Source of the DNA: a virus
Lineage: Duplodnaviria; Caudoviricetes
Strand: one strand, 5' to 3'
Length of the DNA stretch: 60,725 bases
IMG/VR virus record: IMGVR_UViG_3300036985_003137
Span: 1 to 60,725 of that record
The notes under the pieces were generated by a model. It had not been told where the DNA came from and did not search any database. It saw nothing but the letters and a program-made list of their open reading frames with translations. The position numbers and the translations under genes are program-made. Below, in pieces: positions 20,007-30,306 of the stretch; the stretch's first letter is position 1; the number at the start of each line of letters is the position of its first letter.

Positions 20007-20570
20007 TTAATCTTCTAATGATTTAGATGCTGCTTGTCTTGCAGCTAGTTTTGCTAACTCATCTGATGTTAAGTCAGGTAAATACTCAATACCAAACTCT
20101 TTAATTAATTTACCTCTTCTCCCTGAGTTACCTCGTGAATCTTTAGTAGTTGTGAATACTTGACACATCCTTTCTTCCATCATTTGTAAGATAATTGCAG
20201 GGACATGCCAACCATCTTCAGCAGTAAAGGGTACATAGTTTTTAACCGTACCAATAACCGCATTACCTACACTAAAAATCTCACCTTGCCATTCTTTCTT
20301 AGCTGGATTCATACAAACAATACGAACACGTACTAATCGTAAACATTCGTTTTTAATACGACGTTTCATCTGCTGTTCTGTTTCTTCTTCTTTAGTATCT
20401 AGGCTTGGTTTAGGAGCATCTTCTGCTGCAATAATAGCAAGTTTTTCACGTAATTTTTCCACTTTAATAGATGGGTGATATTGCAAACCTAATACATCTG
20501 CACGAGCTTTTAAAGTTGTTAATTCATCTGGTAATAAAGCTTCTAAAGGTAAATCTGTAATTTCAGTCAT
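20007..20570 (-). CDS. N4 gp55-like protein
   Basis: ELTTLKARAD.LG..YHPSI.VEKLREK; LVRVRI.CMNPAKKEW.GEIF. Confidence 0.8.
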   Translation of the reverse strand: MTEITDLPLEALLPDELTTLKARADVLGLQYHPSIKVEKLREKLAIIAAEDAPKPSLDTKEEETEQQMKRRIKNECLRLVRVRIVCMNPAKKEWQGEIFSVGNAVIGTVKNYVPFTAEDGWHVPAIILQMMEERMCQVFTTTKDSRGNSGRRGKLIKEFGIEYLPDLTSDELAKLAARQAASKSLED

Positions 20571-20590
20571 GTTTGTCTCTATGAAGGATA

Positions 20591-20625
20591 AAAAAATAGA
20601 GGGCAGGCATTATACCTACCCTCTA
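20591..20625 (-). terminator. intrinsic terminator after major capsid gene
   Basis: Minus strand TAGAGGGTAGG...CCTGCCCTCTA followed by T6. Confidence 0.8.
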
Positions 20626-20636
20626 ACGATGTGCTA

Positions 20637-22076
20637 TTAAAGAGTAGCAGAAGTTAAGATCATACCTAAACGTTCAGGACGTAAAGACATAAAACCATAC
20701 CACCATTTAATAGATGTAAAGCCTGTTTCACCATATGGATCAAAACGATCAGCTGTAGCTTCACCAGGTGCTTTATGTGTAATTTTAAATTTGACAGATT
20801 TACCATCAGTTTGGAAACCAATAGTAGTAAATGATTCATCACCAACTACTAAGATTGGGAATACATCATAACGTTGTCCTGTTTCATAATGAGTTGTTGT
20901 AGCTGAAGCATCGCCACCAGCACCAGCCCATTTTTGCATTTCAGGTACTACTACAAAACGGAATGCATCAATAGATCCGATTTCACCATGAATTACTGTA
21001 CCTGCATCAGCATAGCGATGTACAGGAACAAATGCAGGATTATTATGCAAATCTTTCATTGCTTTGAAAGTAGGAATTAATTCAGAACCAATATAAGCAA
21101 CACGTCCACCCATAATAGTAGCTGTATCAATCATTCTTGATCCAGTAATAATCTTAGTAGATTTAGGTGTGCGGTTATTATCTAAATCAATAGATAAACG
21201 CATTAAATCGCCATAAGTTACAGTAGTAGCTGTTACAGTTGATTTAGATGTTGCAGCACCAGCATAACGAATAGTACCTGCGTTATTTAACAAATCCACT
21301 TGCAATGCTGCTTCTGTCATTTGGTTTGCACCTTTTAACATTTCAGTATTTAAGTGTTGTGCTAAATCAGCGTCTGTATCAAAGTCGATAGAATCTTGTG
21401 TATATTCATCGAAGAAACCAAATTTCTCAAATGTACCTTCTAACTCAATACGTTTGAAGCCTACACGGTTAACACGACCACCTGTTTCAGATACAGCAGG
21501 TAATTTACCTGAGATAGAACCTACGTCCTTAGCTGAACCATACAAGTTACCAGAACCTTGTTTGCTAAATGCACCAAGATTTAAGGCTACAATTGCATTG
21601 GCTTTAGTGACTGTGTCTACTTTAAATGTCAATGGACCAGTTACAGTAATGTTAGCTAAACCTGTGCCACCTGAATCAGCTGCACCAGCTACTGCAACAA
21701 CAGTTGCACCAGCATAGCCTGCATTAGCATTGATTGCAGTAACTGCACCAGCAGCAGAAGCATTAGCAATCTGTAATACAGCTCTAGGTAAGGTAACAAA
21801 ATAATCTGTATTTTTGATTTCAACACCAGCAGCATCAATACCTTGATCATTTAAGTTACGTTCATCCAACAAGGGCATGTAATGGTATCTACGGATCTTT
21901 TGACCCATATTTTTAGGCATTGAAATTGTATCAGCCAATTGACCGAAATATGCTTCACGAGCAATATCGATTAAAGCTTTCTTTTGAAAGAAAAAGTTAT
22001 TGATTTGAACACCAACAGATGATGGTGAACCGTTTGCTGGGTCATTGAATGTACGACCTACTGTTTGTGATGCCAT
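20637..22076 (-). CDS. major capsid protein (N4 gp56-like)
   Basis: MPKNMG, PLLDERNLNDQGIDA, GNLYGSAKD, GGRVNRVGF, DPYGETGF.SIKWWYG. Confidence 0.95.
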   Translation of the reverse strand: MASQTVGRTFNDPANGSPSSVGVQINNFFFQKKALIDIAREAYFGQLADTISMPKNMGQKIRRYHYMPLLDERNLNDQGIDAAGVEIKNTDYFVTLPRAVLQIANASAAGAVTAINANAGYAGATVVAVAGAADSGGTGLANITVTGPLTFKVDTVTKANAIVALNLGAFSKQGSGNLYGSAKDVGSISGKLPAVSETGGRVNRVGFKRIELEGTFEKFGFFDEYTQDSIDFDTDADLAQHLNTEMLKGANQMTEAALQVDLLNNAGTIRYAGAATSKSTVTATTVTYGDLMRLSIDLDNNRTPKSTKIITGSRMIDTATIMGGRVAYIGSELIPTFKAMKDLHNNPAFVPVHRYADAGTVIHGEIGSIDAFRFVVVPEMQKWAGAGGDASATTTHYETGQRYDVFPILVVGDESFTTIGFQTDGKSVKFKITHKAPGEATADRFDPYGETGFTSIKWWYGFMSLRPERLGMILTSATL

Positions 22077-22092
22077 GATTTAGTTTCCTATT

Positions 22093-23181
22093 TTAATAAA
22101 ATTGTGATGCAGACATTTTGCTGAATTCAGCGTCTGACATAGATAAAGGGTTAAATTCACTCTTTCCTGTTGCTTTAGCAGCAATAGGTGTAGAACTAGC
22201 TGCTCTACGTTTTTCTTTCAACTGCGTGTCATCCGCTTTAGGTTTCGGAGTTACGATAACTGGCTGGTTGGGTGTAGGATTTCCAATATGGTTAAATCCA
22301 CCTCTAGCCTGAATTGCATCCCCAATTTTACGATAAGCATCAATGTTTGAGAGGCCATCTAATCGACCAAACATGCGTTCGCGTTCTACCTCAGTGCTGA
22401 TAATGTCATAAATTCCCGAGGCCATATGGTCATCGATAACTTTAAGTAGTTGAGGTTGTGCCGCAATTGTTTGTTTACTAGAACCATCCCACTGTTTACT
22501 CACGATATCAAGTGTTCTGGTGTATGTAGGAGAATCTTGCATCTCTTCTAATACTGTGTCCAAAGCAATTGCACGATCGTCTACTGATCTATTGGTTGGT
22601 CTATATTCATTTGCTTTCTCGGTATCGAGTTCAAATGGATCTATCCCACTTTCTTTAATTAATTTAGTAATCGCCTCTGGATTTTTATTATCCAAGTCAA
22701 TTAAAAAATTTAATTTAGATTCATCAAGAAGATTATTATTTTCTAATAACTTCAGAATTTTAAGACTGGGTTTTAACCCTGACATCTTCTTTTGATAGTT
22801 AGCACCCATTTGCATGAGTGATACAGCATCTTCTACTGAATTAACCTGAATGTCCTTACCATTAGCCTTAAAAGGTTTTATGATCTGTTCATATGCAGTT
22901 TTATAATCAAAATCAGTTTCTTCTACTTGTTTTGTATCTTCTACATCAGCTGTAGCTTCTGTATCTTGGTCCTGTACAACTTGGTTAGGTGCTTCATCTA
23001 TTTGAGTATCTTCCGTATCTGAATCATTATCATCTAGTTCTGATTCAGCCACTATTTCTTCATTACTCGGAGATTCTTCATAGGTAGCAGAGTTAAGGAA
23101 GTCTTCATCAGACATCTCAAGTACGTTAGCAGTATTGGTGTCTTCCTCTACTACTACTTCATTATCTAATTCAGTGCTCAT
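22093..23181 (-). CDS. N4 gp57-like protein (probable scaffold)
   Basis: Acidic N-terminus, PFKANGK...LMQMGANY, NPLSMSDAEF; directly upstream of capsid. Confidence 0.8.
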   Translation of the reverse strand: MSTELDNEVVVEEDTNTANVLEMSDEDFLNSATYEESPSNEEIVAESELDDNDSDTEDTQIDEAPNQVVQDQDTEATADVEDTKQVEETDFDYKTAYEQIIKPFKANGKDIQVNSVEDAVSLMQMGANYQKKMSGLKPSLKILKLLENNNLLDESKLNFLIDLDNKNPEAITKLIKESGIDPFELDTEKANEYRPTNRSVDDRAIALDTVLEEMQDSPTYTRTLDIVSKQWDGSSKQTIAAQPQLLKVIDDHMASGIYDIISTEVERERMFGRLDGLSNIDAYRKIGDAIQARGGFNHIGNPTPNQPVIVTPKPKADDTQLKEKRRAASSTPIAAKATGKSEFNPLSMSDAEFSKMSASQFY

Positions 23182-23522
23182 TCTGACTCTCCTTCACTAT
23201 AGAACTCTGATAATTGCTCAGAAGCATCTTCTAATGTTCGTTGTGCCATTCTAGCACGTAAGATAATAGTATCTAAGTATCCACTTAAAGATCCAATAGC
23301 ATCGATTTGAGCAATGATACTATCTTGAGACTCCTTAGTCTGCATACTAGGACTAGCTTTTAGATGTACCAATCTAATGGCTTCTACCTCAAAGAATCCT
23401 TTAACAATGATAGTATTGAAATCTTTATTCTTTTTTAAACGATCGAGTGTGTTACCAAGAGATACCGATGCATTTGCAGTAGTAATATCTTGTTCAAGTG
23501 CTTCAATGTGTGTTAATGACAT
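23178..23522 (-). CDS. N4 gp58-like protein
   Basis: L.RL..N.DF..II..GFF..EAIRLV motif; synteny. Confidence 0.75.
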   Translation of the reverse strand: MSLTHIEALEQDITTANASVSLGNTLDRLKKNKDFNTIIVKGFFEVEAIRLVHLKASPSMQTKESQDSIIAQIDAIGSLSGYLDTIILRARMAQRTLEDASEQLSEFYSEGESE

Positions 23523-23573
23523 ATGTAGTCTGTTACTCAGTTATGGTTAATAATGTATAAAGGCTATCTTATA

Positions 23574-25748
23574 TCAGCCTTTAGCCTTTGTGGTCAAATA
23601 ACTTTTTAAGAAGTCTTTGGTATCTTTAGACTCTTTATAAGCTAGGTCTTGTTGTTGCATGGCACCATCTGCTTGTGCTTTCAGGCTATGTAATTCTTTT
23701 TCTCGTTTCTGTGTAACACCTGACTCTTGCTCCAAGAAGTTAAGATTCTTAAGATCTGTGTCTGATTTAAGGTGTTGTTGTTTAGCTGCTTCAGTTCCAG
23801 ACTTAGCTCCACGTAGTTGAATGTCTGCATAATTTTCTTGTGTCTTAGATTCAAGAAGTGCGATATCTGCCTGTAGTTTAGCCATCTCTAATTGTTTCAT
23901 CTGTTCTTGGAATGGATCAGGCTGTGGTTGGAAGCTAATGATCTTCTGTGCTAAGTCAGGCATCTTACGAAGTCTGGCTATATCACTCAAGATTATCTTG
24001 GATAGCTCTGGATCCATATTAGGACCCACTGTTTGAAGCATAAAGGCTAATTGTTCTGCTTTGTTGTTATCTTCTTCAGCTGTTGAAATAGATAACGATA
24101 GATCAAAATTACCCGGAAGATCATCTCGTCTGATTTTAATAAACTGTTCATTAGTTACCCTTACAATCTCCTCTTCAGATAAGAATACAGCGTTCATGGT
24201 GATTAGTTTTCTACCAATTTTAACTATACCATTTGATAATCTACGTAATATACCTAACTCACGTTTTGATGCAGCATCTAATGCTCCTCTAATACCACTT
24301 GCTACGTCACCTAAACTCGCACCAGATACACCCTGACTGAATGATTTAACGCCTGTAAGTGATTCAGCTTCCATATTTTGTAACTGAAGCATAAATTGAG
24401 CAGAATTAGGAATTTCAGGAAACACATGCATAAATACACCCTGTCTAGGGTCTACATTTGAGTTAAATTCATAATCTTTCCCTGATTCAAATTTCTTTCT
24501 GTTAACAGAATCTAACATATCCTTGCGAATACCTGTCTGTCCATTAGCAGACTTACCTAGAATATCAATCATACCCCTAGTTACTGCACCAATTACTTTC
24601 TGATTGTCCTCTAATAAAGCTCCATCAGGTTCACCATAGTTATCTTTACGAACAGGAAGATAATGCTCCATTATGAAGGGTAATTTCTTATCTGGAAATG
24701 GGGATTCTTCCATACGGATCAATACGTCCCCTACCCATTCTGCGACAATAGATACGACATTATTACTACCGTCAATATCAACTTTACCCCAGTATTGGTA
24801 CACCACAAATTTCTTTCTAGCATCATCTTTAAAATTAAAGTTCTGTTCTGCTAATTTTGCACTATGATCTGGTGAAGCCAGTACAGATGAACTATCTATA
24901 TTAATTTTATCAATATTTTGATACTTCTTACCATCCTTCTTAAGTAAATATTTACTAGTCTCATAACTTTTAATAATAAAGTTGGCTTTTTCTAAATCAC
25001 CTTGAGCTGTGGGATCGATCATAATATTTCGAAAATCACAAACCTCTAGTGTAGGTCTATTAACCAAAGTTCTTACTTTCTCTTGTACAGTAAATGTACC
25101 TAAATCTACTGGCTCAATAGGTTGTCCTGACTGCATAGACATCTCATGTGCCTGTTTAAGCTCTTCAGGGACATCTGTATTATATTGACTAGGTGACATC
25201 TGCTGCATCTGCATCAATTCCTGATGTAACTCAGCTAACTCAGGATTAACTCTAAACTCAATATCAGGAACCTCTTCAGTATATGTCTCTTCTTGGAATT
25301 CCCATCCAAGCTGTACAATTACAGTGCCTTCATCTACCGCAGTTCTAATGTATTCATCAATAAATCGGGTTTTATCTAATTGGGTATTTAATTGATAATT
25401 TAAAAGTAATTCATTTTGACGAGCAGCTTCTTTATCTTCCCATGTAACAGGATTAACATTAAACACATCTACCGTAGATAGAAATGGTTCACTTAATGCA
25501 GCATATCGCCATTCTGCCTGTTTTCTAATTAATTTAGGCTGAATAGATGACTGGTTTCCAGGTGTTTTAAGAATATTCTTCCCTGTCATATTCATATTAT
25601 CAAGCCAAGTAGATATTTTCTCTACTCTACCTATATGGATTGCCCTTGCTTCTTGCTGATCTTGCTTTAATTCTCTTAATGTCGGAGGTTTAGTCCAGTG
25701 TTCTGGTAATACGATATCTTTTTCTTCTATATCATTCTGATTCTTCAT
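23574..25748 (-). CDS. portal protein (N4 gp59-like)
   Basis: QPKLIRKQAEWRYAALSEPFL, GEPDGALLEDNQ, RGMIDILGKSANGQ; probable start MKNQ at 25748. Confidence 0.95.
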   Translation of the reverse strand: MKNQNDIEEKDIVLPEHWTKPPTLRELKQDQQEARAIHIGRVEKISTWLDNMNMTGKNILKTPGNQSSIQPKLIRKQAEWRYAALSEPFLSTVDVFNVNPVTWEDKEAARQNELLLNYQLNTQLDKTRFIDEYIRTAVDEGTVIVQLGWEFQEETYTEEVPDIEFRVNPELAELHQELMQMQQMSPSQYNTDVPEELKQAHEMSMQSGQPIEPVDLGTFTVQEKVRTLVNRPTLEVCDFRNIMIDPTAQGDLEKANFIIKSYETSKYLLKKDGKKYQNIDKINIDSSSVLASPDHSAKLAEQNFNFKDDARKKFVVYQYWGKVDIDGSNNVVSIVAEWVGDVLIRMEESPFPDKKLPFIMEHYLPVRKDNYGEPDGALLEDNQKVIGAVTRGMIDILGKSANGQTGIRKDMLDSVNRKKFESGKDYEFNSNVDPRQGVFMHVFPEIPNSAQFMLQLQNMEAESLTGVKSFSQGVSGASLGDVASGIRGALDAASKRELGILRRLSNGIVKIGRKLITMNAVFLSEEEIVRVTNEQFIKIRRDDLPGNFDLSLSISTAEEDNNKAEQLAFMLQTVGPNMDPELSKIILSDIARLRKMPDLAQKIISFQPQPDPFQEQMKQLEMAKLQADIALLESKTQENYADIQLRGAKSGTEAAKQQHLKSDTDLKNLNFLEQESGVTQKREKELHSLKAQADGAMQQQDLAYKESKDTKDFLKSYLTTKAKG

Positions 25749-25750
25749 GT

Positions 25751-26404
25751 TTATGCCCATCCTCCTGTTCTAATTCGTGATTCTTCTCTTGAAGCTTCAG
25801 CTTGTGGGTTCCAATTTGTAAGCTGTTGACAAGCATTTTCATACTTTTGCATATACTGCATGGATGCAAGTCCTTCAAATTGTCCTGAGCCAGTAGAAGA
25901 TAAGAGTCTTGCTGCTACAAAGTAGAGCAGAGGTTCAATGTATGAGTCAGGTAACTCTATAAGCAGTGTATCAACATCAACATATCCATCATCTGCCTGT
26001 AATTTAGGATGATTTGCTTTATAGACTATCGTTAAATACTGATATGCACGAGTATTGGTTAAAAATGTACTAACTAATAGGGTATTAGAGCTAAGTGTGA
26101 AACATCCAAAGGTATTCGTAGGATCATTTAATGATACTTCTTCAGTGGTAGGGGCATATATTTCAAGGATTTTTATTAAATCCTCTTGGATAATAGGATA
26201 TATCTCCTGTCCTACAACTAAAGGTACCATTAAAGATGAAGTTTTTAAATTAAACCGTTTATATAAAGATGTAAGACCTAAATTAATATGAGGAAGGATC
26301 TTAGCCATATTAATATCGTCAATAACTCCTGCTTCGCCTCCTCCAATACTTAACTGAGCTAACTCACCAAAAGTTAGAAGATCAAAAATTTCTTGTAATT
26401 TCAT
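25751..26404 (-). CDS. head-tail adaptor (N4 gp67-like)
   Basis: L..GEL...INLGLT.LY.RF; IELP..Y.E.LLYFVA.R; ends RTGGWA. Confidence 0.75.
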   Translation of the reverse strand: MKLQEIFDLLTFGELAQLSIGGGEAGVIDDINMAKILPHINLGLTSLYKRFNLKTSSLMVPLVVGQEIYPIIQEDLIKILEIYAPTTEEVSLNDPTNTFGCFTLSSNTLLVSTFLTNTRAYQYLTIVYKANHPKLQADDGYVDVDTLLIELPDSYIEPLLYFVAARLLSSTGSGQFEGLASMQYMQKYENACQQLTNWNPQAEASREESRIRTGGWA

Positions 26405-26425
26405 ATGTTTCTCTCGAAATAAGTA

Positions 26426-28021
26426 TTATACGATGTATGAAGCCATTCTATCTATAGGTCCATCGTCTTCATCAATGTCCCACATTCCATCTTTTTTAGG
26501 ACTTTCATGGAGCTCTGCCTCTTCAGAAGGTTTCCAAGGATTTAATGCACATAGCATGGATATAGTATCAAGAAAATCATCATGTTTACTACGCATTCCG
26601 CCTACTGCAACTAAACTAAGTTCATTCATTGCTTCTATCATAGGAGGTTCTGTTTTACGTTCAATAGGGAAAAACATTTTACGTGCTTTAAACCAGGGTA
26701 CAACAGTATTAAATCTAACCAGTTTGTTAGTATTAGGTCGTATTCCTGCTTTAGAGTCATTACCTTCACTTGCTAAAGGGAAGTATATATTACGTTCTAA
26801 CATTTGTCCCTGAATCCATTGAATAAACCCACCCTGTTGACCAGATACTTCTACACCCACTGATTGTGGTTTATATACCTGAGCCAGTCTGAATAAATCA
26901 TCAATGTTTTTATCCATTAACTGACGCTTACATATCCCATCTACCCAAAGCCAATCACCTACATTATTATATGCCCAAACTGATATGACACTAAAGTCTG
27001 CCTTATCTTTCTCAGAGGTAGCAAAGTCGGTAGTAATATAGAAATTAAACTTATTTTTATTTCTAATAACTGAATCAATCTTATACCACCCGATATCACC
27101 ATCCTGAATCATACGATCTTCATCAGACATAATACGTAGCATTAACTCTTGGTTGAATGTATCAACCTTTCCAAGCTGTAATGCCTTCATATGTTTATCT
27201 TTAACATATTCAAACGTGAATCTATCTTCCCAACTACCTCTAAAGTCCTCTTTCGTACATGGAAATGCCTCACATACTGGAAATACGTTTACTTCCCATG
27301 CACCTGACTCAACTGCCTTATACAAAGGGTCTTTAGCATTAAAAGGTGTACCACTCCAAATAATCATATTATTAGAAGGATGCAAAGCATATGTCACTGC
27401 TTTATAAACTGTATCCTCTACTGATGCAATAACTGTAGCAGACCTTGCATCCTCATCACTAATAAGATCGTCAAGTACCGCAAGTTGTGGTCGTTTGCCC
27501 ATTTCTTTGGCACCACGAACACCAGTCTGTGCACCATACCCTTTAACAATAAAGACATTACCATCTGCATTAATAAATTCCCACCTAATATCGGTAAATT
27601 TAGCCTCTGGGATATATTGCTTTAAGAATGCTGAGTTATCATATCTAAACTGTAGATTCTTTCTCATATTCTTAACACCATTTTCAATAGAGTCAGACAC
27701 ATAAAGTGCAACATCGACTTTACCAAAGCCAGGTAAATGGCCATACACCCCTAAGTATAAAAATAGGTATTCCCCCATAATTACAGTTTTACCCATACCA
27801 CGATGACATAAATTAATAACTAACTTCCCGTTATTAGTCAGCGTGTCCAACATTTTATAATGTACAACAGGTGTAAGATTTTCTTCCCCTTGCCCGCCAT
27901 TTACTAACTTAATAAAGGTGACAAATTCCAGAGCAAACTCACTAGGCACATAGTCTGGATTATCTGAATAATCTAATTCATTTAAATAGTCTTCAACTCT
28001 TTTATGTAACTCATTATCCAT
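26426..28021 (-). CDS. terL: terminase large subunit (N4 gp68-like)
   Basis: Walker A CHRGMGKT, Walker B AVLDD, GTPF, nuclease TTDFATS and HDDFLD. Confidence 0.95.
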   Translation of the reverse strand: MDNELHKRVEDYLNELDYSDNPDYVPSEFALEFVTFIKLVNGGQGEENLTPVVHYKMLDTLTNNGKLVINLCHRGMGKTVIMGEYLFLYLGVYGHLPGFGKVDVALYVSDSIENGVKNMRKNLQFRYDNSAFLKQYIPEAKFTDIRWEFINADGNVFIVKGYGAQTGVRGAKEMGKRPQLAVLDDLISDEDARSATVIASVEDTVYKAVTYALHPSNNMIIWSGTPFNAKDPLYKAVESGAWEVNVFPVCEAFPCTKEDFRGSWEDRFTFEYVKDKHMKALQLGKVDTFNQELMLRIMSDEDRMIQDGDIGWYKIDSVIRNKNKFNFYITTDFATSEKDKADFSVISVWAYNNVGDWLWVDGICKRQLMDKNIDDLFRLAQVYKPQSVGVEVSGQQGGFIQWIQGQMLERNIYFPLASEGNDSKAGIRPNTNKLVRFNTVVPWFKARKMFFPIERKTEPPMIEAMNELSLVAVGGMRSKHDDFLDTISMLCALNPWKPSEEAELHESPKKDGMWDIDEDDGPIDRMASYIV

Positions 28022-29036
28022 AATTCATTGCTTCCGCTCGTTGATTAGCCAAGATATTATTAAACGTTGCCATAGGTCTATTTTCCTGCTGAATCTGAGC
28101 AAGTTGTTCATTAGTGCCTGCAACACGTGTATCTACAGGGGCAAGGCCTTCTCCCAAATTAGCTGCTGCTGCTGCTGCCTTTCTGATATTCTGACTTTGT
28201 TGTAGCTGTGCCATTTGCTGTAATGACCCCATAGGTGTAACAGTCGCCACAGGACTTTCTGCACCATACGCATCCATCATCTCATAGAGGGAAGGTTGTT
28301 TAGGTACAGCTGCTTGAGCATATTGAAGTGCTTCAGGTGTAATAGGTTCAGCAGCTTGCATTTCCTCCATAGGATTTACATTTTTCGCTATAGGGACGGC
28401 TACAGGTACAGGTACCTCTTTAACAATAGGAGCTTGTGCAATTACAGGTACTAATTGTTGTATAGCTTTTTCTTGAACTGCAGGAGCAACAGGTGCTTGT
28501 GCAATTACAGGAGCAACAGGAGCATTTTGTACTAAACCAGGATTAGTATCCTTAGGTTGTATAGTTGATTCATCTTTTGCTACAGCTATAGGTGCTTGGG
28601 ACCCTTTAACTGCTATTCTTTCTGGATTAGCTATATTAGCTAACACTTTTTGAGTATATCCAGGGGTGTTACCACCATACAGATCTAGTGCCTTATCTAA
28701 TCCACCTAATTTTTGACCAGTCTTGGACAACATCTCAGCTGTAAATCTTACCTGCTCATCAAGACTTTTATCCTTTAGTGGTGTAATCCCATAACCTGGT
28801 TTCTGTGCTGTAGAATCTAAAATACCAAAAGGACCAAAAGCACTAGATTGCACCCCATCCTTAGTCCTATGCTTACCATCAGTAGCTACAGGATAATGGT
28901 ATTTATCAGGTTCGTCTAAGTAAGCATTACTATTACGAATCTCATTATGCATGATTGCGCGTAAAGTTCCTGAAGGTAATCCATTAGCTTTCTCTGCAGC
29001 ATCCGTCTTCTTAAACACTTCATTTATATCTGCCAC
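28014..29036 (-). CDS. lytic transglycosylase (SLT)-like domain plus Pro/Ala/Gln-rich tail
   Basis: GLPSGTLRAIMHNE (catalytic Glu), SAFGPFGILDSTA, GGLDKALDLYGG. Confidence 0.65.
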   Translation of the reverse strand: MADINEVFKKTDAAEKANGLPSGTLRAIMHNEIRNSNAYLDEPDKYHYPVATDGKHRTKDGVQSSAFGPFGILDSTAQKPGYGITPLKDKSLDEQVRFTAEMLSKTGQKLGGLDKALDLYGGNTPGYTQKVLANIANPERIAVKGSQAPIAVAKDESTIQPKDTNPGLVQNAPVAPVIAQAPVAPAVQEKAIQQLVPVIAQAPIVKEVPVPVAVPIAKNVNPMEEMQAAEPITPEALQYAQAAVPKQPSLYEMMDAYGAESPVATVTPMGSLQQMAQLQQSQNIRKAAAAAANLGEGLAPVDTRVAGTNEQLAQIQQENRPMATFNNILANQRAEAMNYG

Positions 29037-29045
29037 CCTACTCTC

Positions 29046-29735
29046 CTAAATATCAATAATAGAATCTTCATCAATCAATTGTAGCTTGGAACCAGCAATA
29101 CTACCAGCAGTCATCTGCCCAGCTTGCATCACCAATCTCTGATTTGCTACCAACTCCATTGTAGCCATTCTAAGGGCATTAATAGAGCTATCCTCCTTCA
29201 TTGTGATATCTAGCTCCACTTTCTTAATGTCAGGCATCCTCAAGTGCGTAAGCAAGCTATTTGCAGCATCAGTCCTAACTTTCTCACTATTAGCACCCAC
29301 CATCAACTCAGCCTGTACATTCAGTGCCTTCTGATACAAATCTTGATTCAACACATAATGCGGAATCAACGTCTGCTCATAAATCAGATTAACCAGCTTA
29401 GATTTATTATATGCAGTGACATAACTAGCCACATCTTTACTAGCAACATTAGTAGCAGCAAACCTAATAATCTTATCAGGGAATGTCCTACTATATGCAT
29501 CTATATTAGTACCACCACTAAGTTTATGACTGACATACTTCACAGCATTAATATAATCTCCAATTTTAAATCTACCATCTGCCATTACCTTTGTATAACT
29601 CAAGAGATTATCCCTATAAGCCTCATACAAGTCAGGATCACTAAGGGTATGATTAATCTGATCAATCAATTCCTGATTAACACTCTTCTTCACTTTATCG
29701 GGTAAAGCACTCTTAAACTGTTCTACTGTTAACAT
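29046..29735 (-). CDS. terS: terminase small subunit (N4 gp69-like)
   Basis: YINAVKYVSHKL, YSRTFP, YNKSKLVNLIYEQTLIP, SEKVRTDAANSLLTHL. Confidence 0.85.
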   Translation of the reverse strand: MLTVEQFKSALPDKVKKSVNQELIDQINHTLSDPDLYEAYRDNLLSYTKVMADGRFKIGDYINAVKYVSHKLSGGTNIDAYSRTFPDKIIRFAATNVASKDVASYVTAYNKSKLVNLIYEQTLIPHYVLNQDLYQKALNVQAELMVGANSEKVRTDAANSLLTHLRMPDIKKVELDITMKEDSSINALRMATMELVANQRLVMQAGQMTAGSIAGSKLQLIDEDSIIDI

Positions 29736-29739
29736 CTCT

Positions 29740-29866
29740 ATCCTAGGGTTGGGGGAATAATTCTATAATATTTTTTAGGACTTAAGTATTACTACATCTT
29801 AGGAGTGGGATAATTTTTAAATTTGCCTACTACCTCATACTTATCTTAGGAATTGGGGATTTTTTC
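29740..29866. repeat. three imperfect direct repeats near probable genome end
   Basis: ATCCTAGGGTTGGGGGAATAATT (29740), ATCTTAGGAGTGGGATAATTTTT (29796), ATCTTAGGAATTGGGGATTTTTT (29843). Confidence 0.6.
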
Positions 29867-29953
29867 AATCTTAGTACCAACCCCATATTCACACACACAT
29901 GCGTCCACAAGACGCATACCCCCCCAGTGACATACTAAGCATCCTTATCGTAT

Positions 29954-29976
29954 GGTGCCTTACGGCACTTAGAGCA
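29954..29976 (+). promoter_or_regulatory. putative vRNAP hairpin promoter, class A
   Basis: GTGCC-TTAC-GGCAC then T-TAGAGCA; upstream of first early gene. Confidence 0.6.
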
Positions 29977-30008
29977 GATCTTACTGCTCAATCACTATGG
30001 GGTATATC

Positions 30009-30203
30009 ATGTCTTTAATCAATCAAGTTACATCAATCGCATCAGACTCACTATCAGTTGTATCAGGCCTCGTTAGTGCAGCAGCCAAGGCTACTAACTC
30101 AATCAACCATGTAGCATCTACTGTTGAACGTGTTACTTTAGCAGTCGATATCGAGACTACTAAACGTATCTCTGATTATCAGCAATCATTACTAGACGCC
30201 TAA
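30009..30203 (+). CDS. early protein, N4 gp1-like amphipathic helix
   Basis: GGGG RBS then ATG at 30009; Ser/Ala/Val amphipathic pattern; first gene after terminus. Confidence 0.6.
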   Translation: MSLINQVTSIASDSLSVVSGLVSAAAKATNSINHVASTVERVTLAVDIETTKRISDYQQSLLDA

Positions 30204-30208
30204 ACCTA

Positions 30209-30244
30209 TATGCTCACTATACCCTAACCGGTGTAGTGGGCATA
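30209..30244 (+). other. long RNA stem-loop with G-U pairs and no U-tract
   Basis: TATGCTCACTATACC-CTAACC-GGTGTAGTGGGCATA followed by A-tract. Confidence 0.6.
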
Positions 30245-30306
30245 AAAAATCTCACACATTCACACAGCATAGGATAGTCTCGGGAGGAACAAGATAGTTC
30301 TTCCTC

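Noticed and set aside
2679-27704. Many plus-strand ORFs of 60-195 aa opposite vRNAP and structural genes
   Set aside because: Antisense shadows of long minus-strand genes with no recognisable motifs
29244-29705. 153-aa plus-strand ORF inside terS
   Set aside because: Ile/Asn/Gln-biased antisense shadow of a conserved gene
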